Positions 47,263 through 59,822 of a stretch of DNA of 62,231 bases are shown here, piece after piece; within the stretch, counting starts at the first letter, position 1; each line of letters begins with the position of its first letter. Position numbers and translations under genes: made by a program. The stretch spans positions 1 through 62,231 of the forward strand of contig JANNHK010000252.1 in assembly GCA_031404355.1 (NCBI GenBank). The letters run 5' to 3'. The DNA is from Actinomycetes bacterium (lineage in GTDB: Bacteria; Actinomycetota; Acidimicrobiia; IMCC26256; PALSA-610). The notes beneath the pieces were generated by a model that saw nothing but the letters and a program-made list of their open reading frames with translations, was not told the DNA's origin and did not search any database.

Positions 47263-48657
47263 GTGGGCACTCCTGCAGCTGACGACCTGTGGGCAAAGGT
47301 GGCGGCCGCCGTGCGGGCGCAACTTGCCGAGGCAACTTGGAACACCTGGTTTCAGGGCGTCCACGCCCTTGAGGTAACCGACGACGCCCTCGTGCTGGGC
47401 GTTCCCAGCTCCGTGGCCCTCGAACGGATCCGCACCAGCTACCTCGGGCTACTCAACGACGCCGCCCAAGCACTCACCGGGGTTCCCCTGAGCACCGAAC
47501 TCATCGTCGACACCGCCCCTCGCCGCGAGGAGTTCGTCGAGATCGACGTGCTCGTCCCGGTTCCGCAGCCGGGCGACGATCGCCCGCGCGCGACCACCGA
47601 AGAGTTGCCGTTATACAGCGGCATGTCGCTCAACCCGCGCTACACGTTCGATCAGTTCGTCATCGGCGCGTCGAATCGCTTTGCCCACGCCGCCGCGCTG
47701 TCGGTCGCCGAGAGCCCGGCCCGTTCGTACAACCCACTCTTTATCTACGGACCGGCGGGGCTCGGAAAAACCCACCTCTTGCACGCCATCGGGCACCACG
47801 TGCGCGAACTGTTCTCGTCGAAACGCGTGCGGTACGTGTCCACCGAAACGATGATGAACGAGTTCGTCGAAGCGATGCGCTCGAAGGGCATGCCCGGGTT
47901 CAAGCGCCGCTACCGCGAAGTCGACGTGCTGCTCGTCGACGACATCCAATTCCTCGAACGCACCGAGCAACTCCAGGAAGAGTTCTTCTACACGTTCAAC
48001 GACTTGCACAGCCGCGGCAGCCAAATCGTCATTTCGTCCGACCGGCCACCCAAGTCGATCGCGACGATCGAGGACCGGCTCCGAAGCCGCTTCGAGTGGG
48101 GCCTCATCACCGACATCCAGCCGCCCGAATTCGAGACGCGCCTCGCAATCCTTAGGAAAAAGGCCGAATCCGAGCACCTCGACGGCATCCCCGACAGCGT
48201 GCTCGCGTTCATCGCCGAGAACGTCGTCGACAACGTGCGCGAGCTCGAAGGGTCCCTGATTCGCGTCGCGGCGTACTCGAGCCTGCACCGAGTGCCGCTC
48301 ACCGAAGAGGTCGCGCGTGAGGTGCTCGCCGATCTGCTACCGGCCACGCGGCCGCGCGTCATCACACCGGTATTGATCCTCGAGGAGACGGCCAAGATGT
48401 TCGGCTGGACCGTCGAGGACCTGTGCGGTCGCAGCCGCCGCCGGCCACTCGTGACGGCGCGCCAGATCGGCATGTACGTGTTCCGCGAGCTGACCGACTA
48501 CAGCTACCCCAAGATCGCCGAGGAGTTCGGCGGCCGCGACCACACCACCGTCATGCACGCGTGCGAGAAGATCCGGGCCCAAATGGCCGAACGGCGTGTG
48601 GTATTCGAGCAGGTCAACGAGCTGATCAACCGGGTCAAGCACGGCGGCGGTGGATAA
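47263..48657 (+). CDS. dnaA: chromosomal replication initiator DnaA
   Basis: Motifs: domain [23 protein letters not shown], Walker [12 protein letters not shown], and the domain IV DnaA signature [15 protein letters not shown]...[16 protein letters not shown]. The GTG at 47263 was chosen because the longer ORF (from 47038) would translate through the DnaA boxes. Confidence 0.93.
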   Translation: MGTPAADDLWAKVAAAVRAQLAEATWNTWFQGVHALEVTDDALVLGVPSSVALERIRTSYLGLLNDAAQALTGVPLSTELIVDTAPRREEFVEIDVLVPVPQPGDDRPRATTEELPLYSGMSLNPRYTFDQFVIGASNRFAHAAALSVAESPARSYNPLFIYGPAGLGKTHLLHAIGHHVRELFSSKRVRYVSTETMMNEFVEAMRSKGMPGFKRRYREVDVLLVDDIQFLERTEQLQEEFFYTFNDLHSRGSQIVISSDRPPKSIATIEDRLRSRFEWGLITDIQPPEFETRLAILRKKAESEHLDGIPDSVLAFIAENVVDNVRELEGSLIRVAAYSSLHRVPLTEEVAREVLADLLPATRPRVITPVLILEETAKMFGWTVEDLCGRSRRRPLVTARQIGMYVFRELTDYSYPKIAEEFGGRDHTTVMHACEKIRAQMAERRVVFEQVNELINRVKHGGGG

Positions 48658-48867
48658 GCCTGTGGACCGTTGGGGAAATCATCGGCCCGGCCGGGGACAT
48701 CATGGCTCGGGTCACCACGACACTCGCAGAGCTGGGGATACCGGTGGACAACCGGGTGGGGAGCCGCACGGTGACTCATCAGGCCGTACGATCACTTGTC
48801 CACAATCCACAGCCCCTACTACTACAACAACAAAGATGTTCATAGAGCAACGGTTGAGGAGGCTGTG
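48649..48867. other. oriC core (dnaA-dnaN spacer): DnaA boxes plus an AT-rich unwinding-type element
   Basis: Boxes: rc TTATCCACC at 48649..48657 (overlaps the dnaA stop), rc CGGTCCACA at 48661..48669, rc TTGTCCACC at 48743..48751, TTGTCCACA at 48796..48804 (perfect), CAATCCACA at 48803..48811. The AT-rich tract ctactactacaacaacaaagatgttcatagag is at 48817..48848. Confidence 0.75.
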
Positions 48868-49962
48868 GTGAAGTTCCGGTGCGAGCGTGACACTCTCGCG
48901 GAAGCCATCGCGACTGCGCAGCGGACGGTGGCGAGTCGCAGTGGAGCCCTGCCCGTGCTCCAAGACCTCCGGATCACGGCTACCGAAGCCGGGCTGGAAC
49001 TGGTCGGCTCCGACCTCGAGATCACGAACCGCGTACAGGTGCCGGCCGAGGTCGAGGAGCCGGGGGTTGCCGTCGTTCCGAAGCTGCTGGGCGACATCGT
49101 TCGCAAGTTGGAAGACGGGCGAGTCCTGGTTGAAGTGACCGGCGACGAGGCCGTGATCACATCGGGCCGGTTCACGACGACGCTGCGCCTGAAGCCGGCC
49201 GAGGACTACCCGCGCCTCGCGCCGAACGACGGCTCGGGCGTCACCGTCGACGCCGGGGCGTTCGCGGCGGCGCTCCGCCAGGTTGTCCGGGCCGCTTCGA
49301 AAGACGACCTGCGTCCGATTCTCACGGGTGTGCTGCTGACAGCCCACGGTGGCGGACTCCGGTTGGTTGCCACGGACTCGTACCGGCTGGCCGTGCGCGA
49401 CTTGAAGGGCGTCAGCATGCTCGCCGACGGTCAGCGCGTTCTTGTCGCGGCCAAGGGCCTGGCCGAAGTGCAGCGCCTCGCGGGCGACGGACAGATCGAA
49501 GTCGTGTTGCGCGAGCGCGATGTCGTGTTCCGTACGTCGCGCGCCGAAGTCACGGCGCGCCTCATCGAGGGCGAGTTCCCGAACTACGAGCAGCTCATCC
49601 CGAGTTCGTACCCGAACCGGCTGACCGTCGCGCGCGAAGCGCTCATGGACGCACTCGACCGCGTGCAGATTGTCGGGCAGAACCGCGACAACGCGGCGGT
49701 GCGGCTCGCGATGAGCGGTGGCGGACTCGAACTGTCGATGTCGGCCCAGGATGTCGGGAATGCGCAGGAGACACTCGACGCGAAGTTCGAAGGCGGCGAG
49801 CTCACCGTCGCGTTCAATCCTGTGTTCCTGCGCGACGGTGTCGAGGCCATGGACACCGACGAGGTCGCGCTCGAGACGATCGACCCGCTCAAGCCGGCCA
49901 CGTTGCGGTCGGCCGACGGCGGCGAGTTCCTATATCTCCTGATGCCGGTCCGTACGTCCTGA
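48868..49962 (+). CDS. dnaN: DNA polymerase III beta sliding clamp
   Basis: The GTG at 48868 has GAGGAGG 5 nt upstream and gives MKFRCERDTLAEAIATAQRTVASRSGALPVLQDLRI, a canonical clamp N-terminus (364 aa). Confidence 0.93.
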   Translation: MKFRCERDTLAEAIATAQRTVASRSGALPVLQDLRITATEAGLELVGSDLEITNRVQVPAEVEEPGVAVVPKLLGDIVRKLEDGRVLVEVTGDEAVITSGRFTTTLRLKPAEDYPRLAPNDGSGVTVDAGAFAAALRQVVRAASKDDLRPILTGVLLTAHGGGLRLVATDSYRLAVRDLKGVSMLADGQRVLVAAKGLAEVQRLAGDGQIEVVLRERDVVFRTSRAEVTARLIEGEFPNYEQLIPSSYPNRLTVAREALMDALDRVQIVGQNRDNAAVRLAMSGGGLELSMSAQDVGNAQETLDAKFEGGELTVAFNPVFLRDGVEAMDTDEVALETIDPLKPATLRSADGGEFLYLLMPVRTS

Positions 49963-49967
49963 CGCGA

Positions 49968-51109
49968 GTGTTGGCCGAGACGGATACGCACCCGACCACG
50001 AGTGTCGGGCGCGTCTGGCTGGCCGATTTCCGTTGTTTCACCGACGTCGACGTCACGCTCGCGCCCGGGCTCACTGCAATCCACGGTGAGAACGCGCAAG
50101 GCAAGACGAGCCTGCTCGAAGCGGTCGGGTGGATCGCGCGCGCTCGTTCATTTCGCGGTGTGAGCGACGCCGCGCTCGTGCGGGTCGACTCGAGCCAGGC
50201 AGTCGTCCGCGCCGAAGTGACAACCGGCGAGCGGATGCAGTTGTTCGAAGCCGAGATACGCGCCGTGGGTCGCAATCGCGTGTTGTGTAACAAGCAAGTC
50301 GTCGGGCGCACGCGCGATCTGCACGACTTGCTGCGCGTTTCCGTGTTCGCACCCGACGACCTCGCGCTGGTGAAGGACGGCCCGGCCGGGAGGCGCGAGT
50401 ACCTCGACGACTTGTTGACGATGCTCGCGACCCGTTACGACGCGGCGCGCGTCGACTTCGAACGGGTACTGAAGCAACGCAACGCACTGCTGCGCGGCGG
50501 TGCGCGCGACGACGAAGCCCGCACCACACTCGCAGTCTTCGACGACCAGCTCGTGCGCGCTGCGGTCGAGTTGGTGCGGGGACGACTGCGGCTCGTCGAG
50601 CGGCTGGTGCCGGCGACGGCCGAGGCCTACGCGGCGCTGGCGGGCGCGACCCGCCCGGTCGGCATGGTCTACGAGGCCGAGTGGGCGGGCGGTCCGCTCG
50701 AATCCGACGACGCGGGCGACCTCGAATCTCGGCTGCGGTCGGCGCTGGAGCAGCGCCGGCGGGCCGAACTCGACCGGGGGCTCACGCTGGTGGGCCCGCA
50801 CCGAGACGAGCTCCGACTCGAAATAGGGGCCCTGGACGCCCGTACCCAGGCGTCGCAGGGGGAGCAGCGCACACTGGCCCTGGCCCTGCGGCTGGCCGGC
50901 CACGGGCTCGTCACCGAGCTCACGGGCGTCGCACCGGTGCTGCTGCTCGACGACGTGTTCAGCGAACTCGACCCCAACCGGGCCGACGCCCTCGTGCAGA
51001 ACCTGCCGCCGGGCCAGACGCTCGTCACGACGGCCGGTGCCCTTCCCGTTGGGATCGCACCCGAGCAGCGCCTGCGCCTGCACGACGGCCAGGTGTTCGA
51101 GGACCCCAC

Positions 51110-51113
<4 letters not shown>
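49968..51113 (+). CDS. recF: DNA replication and repair protein RecF
   Basis: 381 aa. Motifs: Walker A IHGENAQGKTSLLEAV, the signature ASQGEQRTLALALRLA, and Walker B VLLLDDVFSELD. Confidence 0.92.
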
Positions 51114-53450
<2,337 letters not shown>

Positions 53451-53471
53451 CGCGCAGGAGCACCACTACCC

Positions 53472-55955
<2,484 letters not shown>

Positions 55956-55958
55956 TCG

Positions 55959-56423
55959 GTGGCCCGCGCCAAGGCGACCCTCGAATCCGTCGACTCCGGG
56001 TCGCCCCGCGCGCCGAAGACCAAGGTGCAGAAGCAACGCTCCCGCCCGGTCGCGGTCAAAGCTGGGTACGAGCGGCGTTACCGCCAGACGATCCGCAAGA
56101 TCGACCTGTGGAGCGTCCTCAAGATCTCGATCTGCTTCTACCTCACCGCGTTGATCGTGCTGATCGTCGCGGGCATGGTGATGTGGTCGATCGCGTCGGC
56201 GGCGGGCATTATCGGCAACCTCGAAGACTTCGTCGGCGAGATGATCGACGCCGACGACTTCAAGTTCTTGTCCTGGGAGGTGCTGCGCGCCTCGACACTC
56301 CTGGGCCTCGTGTTCGTGTGCCTGATGGTGGTGATCAGCGTGCTGGCCGCCGCGTTCTACAACTTGTTCTCGGAACTGCTCGGCGGTGTCGAGGTCACGG
56401 TCGTCGAGGAAGAAGGCCGCTGA
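55959..56423 (+). CDS. DUF3566-domain membrane protein (Rv0007 position)
   Basis: 154 aa. IRKIDLWSVLKISICFYLTALIVLIV ... FYNLFSELLGGVEVTVVEEE is the typical DUF3566 pattern after gyrA. Confidence 0.8.
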   Translation: MARAKATLESVDSGSPRAPKTKVQKQRSRPVAVKAGYERRYRQTIRKIDLWSVLKISICFYLTALIVLIVAGMVMWSIASAAGIIGNLEDFVGEMIDADDFKFLSWEVLRASTLLGLVFVCLMVVISVLAAAFYNLFSELLGGVEVTVVEEEGR

Positions 56424-56461
56424 GCCCCCTTCGCCCGGCTGGTATTCTCAGCGCCTTTGCT

Positions 56462-56535
56462 GGGGCTATAGCTCAGTCGGTTAGAGCGCATCCCTGATAA
56501 GGATGAGGTCGCTGGTTCGATTCCAGCTAGCCCCA
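56462..56535 (+). tRNA. tRNA-Ile (anticodon GAT)
   Basis: The sequence folds by eye into a cloverleaf. Acceptor stem GGGGCTA/TAGCCCC with discriminator A, D arm GCTC-AGTCGGTTA-GAGC, anticodon arm CATCC-CTGATAA-GGATG, T arm GCTGG-TTCGATT-CCAGC. CCA is not encoded. Confidence 0.92.
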
Positions 56536-56536
56536 C
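56491..56536 (+). repeat. direct repeat copy 1 (3' portion of tRNA-Ile, anticodon stem to 3' end), att-like
   Basis: The 46-nt TCCCTGATAAGGATGAGGTCGCTGGTTCGATTCCAGCTAGCCCCAC is repeated at 57630..57675 with 40/46 identity. Confidence 0.8.
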
Positions 56537-56562
56537 TGCCACGTCCGAAGGTGACGATCGCT

Positions 56563-56605
56563 CGACCTCGGGTTTCGCCTATTGAGCGACACCCGAGGTC
56601 GTTTT
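56563..56605 (+). terminator. Rho-independent terminator downstream of tRNA-Ile
   Basis: An 11-bp stem, CGACCTCGGGT (56563..56573) / ACCCGAGGTCG (56591..56601), is followed by TTTT (56602..56605). Confidence 0.7.
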
Positions 56606-56704
56606 CGGCCGATGTTCGCCCTGGCGAATCGTGCGGTAGGTCACAGTCGAATCTGCCGACGGTCGCGCGGGAACCTGACGCCGACGCCCTACCGTCTGAG
56701 TCAC

Positions 56705-57469
56705 ATGGTAAGACGTCGCACACGTGCGCTTCTCGCACTTCTGCCCGTCGGCGTGTTGCTGATCGGCTGCTCGGGAAGCAGAATCTCTGAACCCGACCAG
56801 CGGCTCGTCGAACTGCCCGAGCTCGGCGTGTCGGTCGTGGCTCTCGTCATCTCCCGTGACGAGCTGGCGCTCGAGGCGCATGTCAAGACGGGTTTGTACG
56901 CGCCCGATTGTGGGCCGTTCACGGCGAGAGCCATCGAGACCGGCGAGTCGGTCGTGCTCGTCGTCGAGGGACGCGTGCAACGAACGGTCGGGCATAACGA
57001 CCCCACCGCTGGCGCGATTCCGTGGTGTGAAGAGTCGGCAACAGCGGAGCTGCAGAGTCCGCTCGGCGACCGAGAGTTGCTGTTCTCCGGCACCAATGTG
57101 TTGCGCGAGGAGGGGAAGCCAGTGTTGTCGCATCTCCCGTCGCGTGTGGCGTGCCTACCCCCGGAACCCGCAGCGGTTGAAGAAGACACGTGGACCATCA
57201 CTTGCGACGACTACTTCGGTGCCGGCGTGTCGGTAACGGTGACGGACCGTCCCGCGTCAGATGCCCGCCCGCCCGTTCCGTTCGTGCGTTCTGTCACCGT
57301 GCATGATCGCGATGCAGAACTGTACGAAGCACTTGGTGGCCTCACCGTCGTGTGGGAAGAGAATGGCCGTGCGCTGCGCATCAATCTCAGAAGTTCGCTT
57401 CTGAACACCGACGCGCCCGAGGCGGAGCTGCTCCGAATCGCCGAGGGGCTGACGCACGTGAACCGATAG
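56705..57469 (+). CDS. lipoprotein of unknown function
   Basis: The ATG at 56705 lies downstream of the tRNA terminator. It gives MVRRRTRALLALLPVGVLLIGCSGS, with lipobox L-I-G-C. Third-position GC is visibly lower than in the flanking core genes. Confidence 0.65.
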   Translation: MVRRRTRALLALLPVGVLLIGCSGSRISEPDQRLVELPELGVSVVALVISRDELALEAHVKTGLYAPDCGPFTARAIETGESVVLVVEGRVQRTVGHNDPTAGAIPWCEESATAELQSPLGDRELLFSGTNVLREEGKPVLSHLPSRVACLPPEPAAVEEDTWTITCDDYFGAGVSVTVTDRPASDARPPVPFVRSVTVHDRDAELYEALGGLTVVWEENGRALRINLRSSLLNTDAPEAELLRIAEGLTHVNR

Positions 57470-57629
57470 GGCGCGCTCCACGCGGCAGCCGCGCTCGAAG
57501 TATTGGTGGCGCACCTAACCGCCCTTGCATGGGGAGGTGGGGCACTCGTTCAGGCGATTACTACGCCGCGACGCTCAGCAGCAACCAGCCGAAATGCCTG
57601 CAAGCACAGCGCTCCGGCTCGCTGCCAGT

Positions 57630-57675
57630 TCCCTGATAAGGATGAGGTCGTAAGTTCGATTCTTACTAGCCCCAC
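57630..57675 (+). repeat. direct repeat copy 2: orphan tRNA-Ile 3' half (att-like scar)
   Basis: TCCCTGATAAGGATGAGGTCGTAAGTTCGATTCTTACTAGCCCCAC. All six differences from copy 1 are paired T-stem changes (GCTGG/CCAGC to GTAAG/CTTAC). No matching 5' half (acceptor or D arm) lies upstream. Confidence 0.8.
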
Positions 57676-57765
57676 CGACATCACTCCAGGTCTTGGGATG
57701 CCGCGAAGCTCGGCCGGCATCAAGCACGACCTCGACGCCGGCATGGAGTGGTGACCGCTCGACCG

Positions 57766-57785
57766 CTATAACAAGAGTGTTATAG
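57766..57785. promoter_or_regulatory. inverted repeat, candidate operator of the toxin-antitoxin operon
   Basis: CTATAACA-AGAG-TGTTATAG: 8-bp perfect arms, AT-rich, ending 7 nt before the toxin GTG at 57793. Confidence 0.5.
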
Positions 57786-57792
57786 TTGTCGG

Positions 57793-58119
57793 GTGTGGAC
57801 CGTGGTGTTCCACCCCGAAGCGGAAGCCGAGCTCGATGGCCTACCCCTCAAAGAACGGGTCGCGGTGATGCACGCGATCGAGAAGCTCGCGGCAGCCGGC
57901 CCCTCATTGCCGTTCCCACACCAGAGCAACGTCAAAGGTGCAGAGAAGCTCCGCGAGCTTCGGCCGCGAAGCGGTCGCAGCCGATGGCGCCCGCTGTACG
58001 GACGAGTGAAAGACACGTTCGTAATCGTGGCGGTCGGGCCGGAGGCGCTCGTCGACGCACGCGGGTTCCGCCGAGCGGTCGCCGCCGCGACGAAGCGGCT
58101 CGACGAGATCGAAGAGTGA
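57793..58119 (+). CDS. higB: type II toxin, RelE/ParE superfamily (HigB / Gp49-like)
   Basis: 108 aa. FHPEAEAELDGLP...LRELRPRSGRSRWRPLYGRVKDTFVIVAV fits the Gp49/HigB-like pattern. The toxin-first gene order with a downstream XRE HTH is the HigBA arrangement. Confidence 0.7.
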   Translation: MWTVVFHPEAEAELDGLPLKERVAVMHAIEKLAAAGPSLPFPHQSNVKGAEKLRELRPRSGRSRWRPLYGRVKDTFVIVAVGPEALVDARGFRRAVAAATKRLDEIEE

Positions 58120-58132
58120 GGAGATTGCCGAC

Positions 58133-58438
58133 GTGAAGCTTCAGAAGATGCGCGGGAGCGACAAGGTCAGTGCTCGGCAGCTCAAGGACCCGCGGTTTCG
58201 AGCGGAGTGGGAGCGGACCGCGGTCGCGCGCGCCGTTGCGGCACGACTCGTCGAGTACCGCGTCGAGCACGCCCTTTCGCAGACGGCGTTGGCACGCCAG
58301 CTCGGGATGAAGCAGCCGGCCGTCGCCCGCCTCGAAGCCGGCGAACACAACCCGTCGTTCGACACGCTCGCGCGCCTCTCGAGCGCGCTCGGGATCGAGT
58401 TCCACATCGCCGTCACCCCCGAAGGCGTCGCGATCTGA
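58133..58438 (+). CDS. higA: XRE-family HTH antitoxin (HigA-like)
   Basis: 101 aa with the HTH LSQTALARQLGMKQPAVARLEAGEHNPSFDTLARLSSALG. It lies 13 nt downstream of the toxin gene. Confidence 0.75.
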   Translation: MKLQKMRGSDKVSARQLKDPRFRAEWERTAVARAVAARLVEYRVEHALSQTALARQLGMKQPAVARLEAGEHNPSFDTLARLSSALGIEFHIAVTPEGVAI

Positions 58439-58566
58439 CCTTGTCGGGCTGCGCCAACGTTCGCCCGGTTTCAGTGACGAAATTGGGCGGGAAATCCGAC
58501 GTACTCCCGCGTTCTCGATCTCTGCGGCCTGATCTGGTGGCATAACCGCTCCAGAGCGGACATTCT

Positions 58567-59034
58567 GTGCGCCGCGTGTCGCCGACTTATTTTGTCCCAC
58601 CGGATTTTGCCGTTCCAACCGAGGCGACCTTCGGTGACCTCCGATTGGTTCCGCTCGGGCCGGAACACAACGCCGCCGACTACGCAGCGTGGACGTCGAG
58701 CATCGACCACATTCGCGCCACTCCCGGATACCCCGATGGTTCGTGGCCGGTTCTGATGTCAGTCTCCGAGAATCTGCGAGATCTTGAAAGACACGCCGAA
58801 GATTTCCGACTGCGGCGGGGCTTCACGTACACGGTGCTCGATGCCAACGGCGAAGTGATCGGATGCGTGTACATCTATCCGTCGAGTGACGAACACGTTG
58901 ACGCGAAAATCCTTTCCTGGGTTCGCGTTGACCGAAGCGATCTGGATCGACCGCTCTATGAAGCCGTCCGAGCTTGGCTACGCAACGATTGGCCCTTCGG
59001 AGTGGTTGAGTACGACGAGCGTATTGCGGAGTAG
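58567..59034 (+). CDS. GNAT-like N-acetyltransferase-family protein
   Basis: 155 aa. LRLVPLGPEHNAADYAAWTSSIDHIRATPGYP...GFTYTVLDANGEVIGCVYIYP resembles a widespread actinobacterial GNAT-like family, recognised from memory only. Confidence 0.55.
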   Translation: MRRVSPTYFVPPDFAVPTEATFGDLRLVPLGPEHNAADYAAWTSSIDHIRATPGYPDGSWPVLMSVSENLRDLERHAEDFRLRRGFTYTVLDANGEVIGCVYIYPSSDEHVDAKILSWVRVDRSDLDRPLYEAVRAWLRNDWPFGVVEYDERIAE

Positions 59035-59069
59035 CGCCGCCGAAGACGACTCTCGGTCCGGGTCGCTTC

Positions 59070-59282
59070 GCGATTGCGATCGATGCCGGCGACGGGAAGT
59101 CGGCCGGACACACGTGCGCGGTGTTGGACAACGCGACGGTGAAGTGCTGGGGCGAAAACAACTCGGGTCGTCTGGGGTTGGGGAACACCGCGGACCGTGG
59201 CGATCAGGTGAACGAGATGGGAGTCAATCTGCCCGGCGTCACGCTCAGAGCGGGGCGCGTGTCGATGCACGAGACTGGGCGC
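59070..59282 (+). pseudogene. orphan RCC1-repeat fragment (about one blade), in frame with the downstream VOC gene
   Basis: The translation AIAIDAGDGKSAGHTCAVLDNATVKCWGENNSGRLGLGNTADRGDQVNEMGVNLPGV is a single RCC1-type repeat. It has no N-terminal partner and no plausible own start beyond the GTG at 59121. Confidence 0.6.
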
Positions 59283-59660
59283 ATGACGTTGCGTATCCAG
59301 TCCGTTTCAATCGACGCGCGCGACCCCGACGCGCTTGCTGTCTTCTGGGCGGCGGTGCTCGGCTGGCGTCGCACCTACGACGAGGAAGACGAGATCGCCC
59401 TCGAACCGCCGGAAGGCAGCGGGGAAGTTGGCGCGGCTCCCGAGTTGTTGTTCGTGAAGGCGCCCGACGACAAGGTGGTCAAGAACCGCCTGCACCTCGA
59501 CCTGCGGCCCGACGATCGTGACGCCGAAGTCGCACGCGTCGAAGCCCTGGGCGCCCGGCGGGTCGACATCGGCCAGCACGACGAGGTCACCTGGGTCGTG
59601 CTCGCCGACCCCGAGGGCAACGAGTTCTGCGTGTTGCGGGCGCTCACGCCGGACGACTGA
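59283..59660 (+). CDS. VOC (glyoxalase/bleomycin-resistance fold, Glyoxalase_6-like) protein
   Basis: The ATG at 59283 gives MTLRIQSVSIDARDPDALAVFWAAVLGW...KNRLHLDLRP...DPEGNEFCV (125 aa), a typical stand-alone VOC length and pattern. Confidence 0.75.
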   Translation: MTLRIQSVSIDARDPDALAVFWAAVLGWRRTYDEEDEIALEPPEGSGEVGAAPELLFVKAPDDKVVKNRLHLDLRPDDRDAEVARVEALGARRVDIGQHDEVTWVVLADPEGNEFCVLRALTPDD

Positions 59661-59684
59661 CCGCGCCCCGTACACTCCCGGGCC

Positions 59685-59822
59685 GTGAAGGCATTCCGGC
59701 GTGTCCTGTTGGTGCTCGGCCTCGCCGGTGTGATCGGCGTCATCGCCAAGCTCCGGGGGAAGGGCGGCGTCCCGCCGACGAGCGGCGGTTGGCGCGAACT
59801 CGAAGCGCCCGACTTCCGGTGA
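59685..59822 (+). CDS. 45-aa single-TM peptide
   Basis: The GTG at 59685 gives MKAFRRVLLVLGLAGVIGVIAKLRGKGGVPPTSGGWRELEAPDFR. Third-position GC is high, and the stop overlaps the next gene's GTG (GTGA at 59819..59822). It is too short for the ORF track. Confidence 0.45.
   Translation: MKAFRRVLLVLGLAGVIGVIAKLRGKGGVPPTSGGWRELEAPDFR

Noticed and set aside
56424-56704. An expected tRNA-Ala following tRNA-Ile, as in the mycobacterial ileT-alaT arrangement.
   Set aside because: No second cloverleaf could be folded in this spacer. It contains only the tRNA-Ile gene and a terminator hairpin.
57531-57675. The possibility that the second tRNA-like segment is a complete or intron-containing tRNA gene.
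   Set aside because: Identity with tRNA-Ile begins only inside the anticodon stem. The upstream GGGGCAC would pair with only 5 of 7 acceptor positions, no D arm can be formed, and the 5' side of the anticodon stem does not pair.
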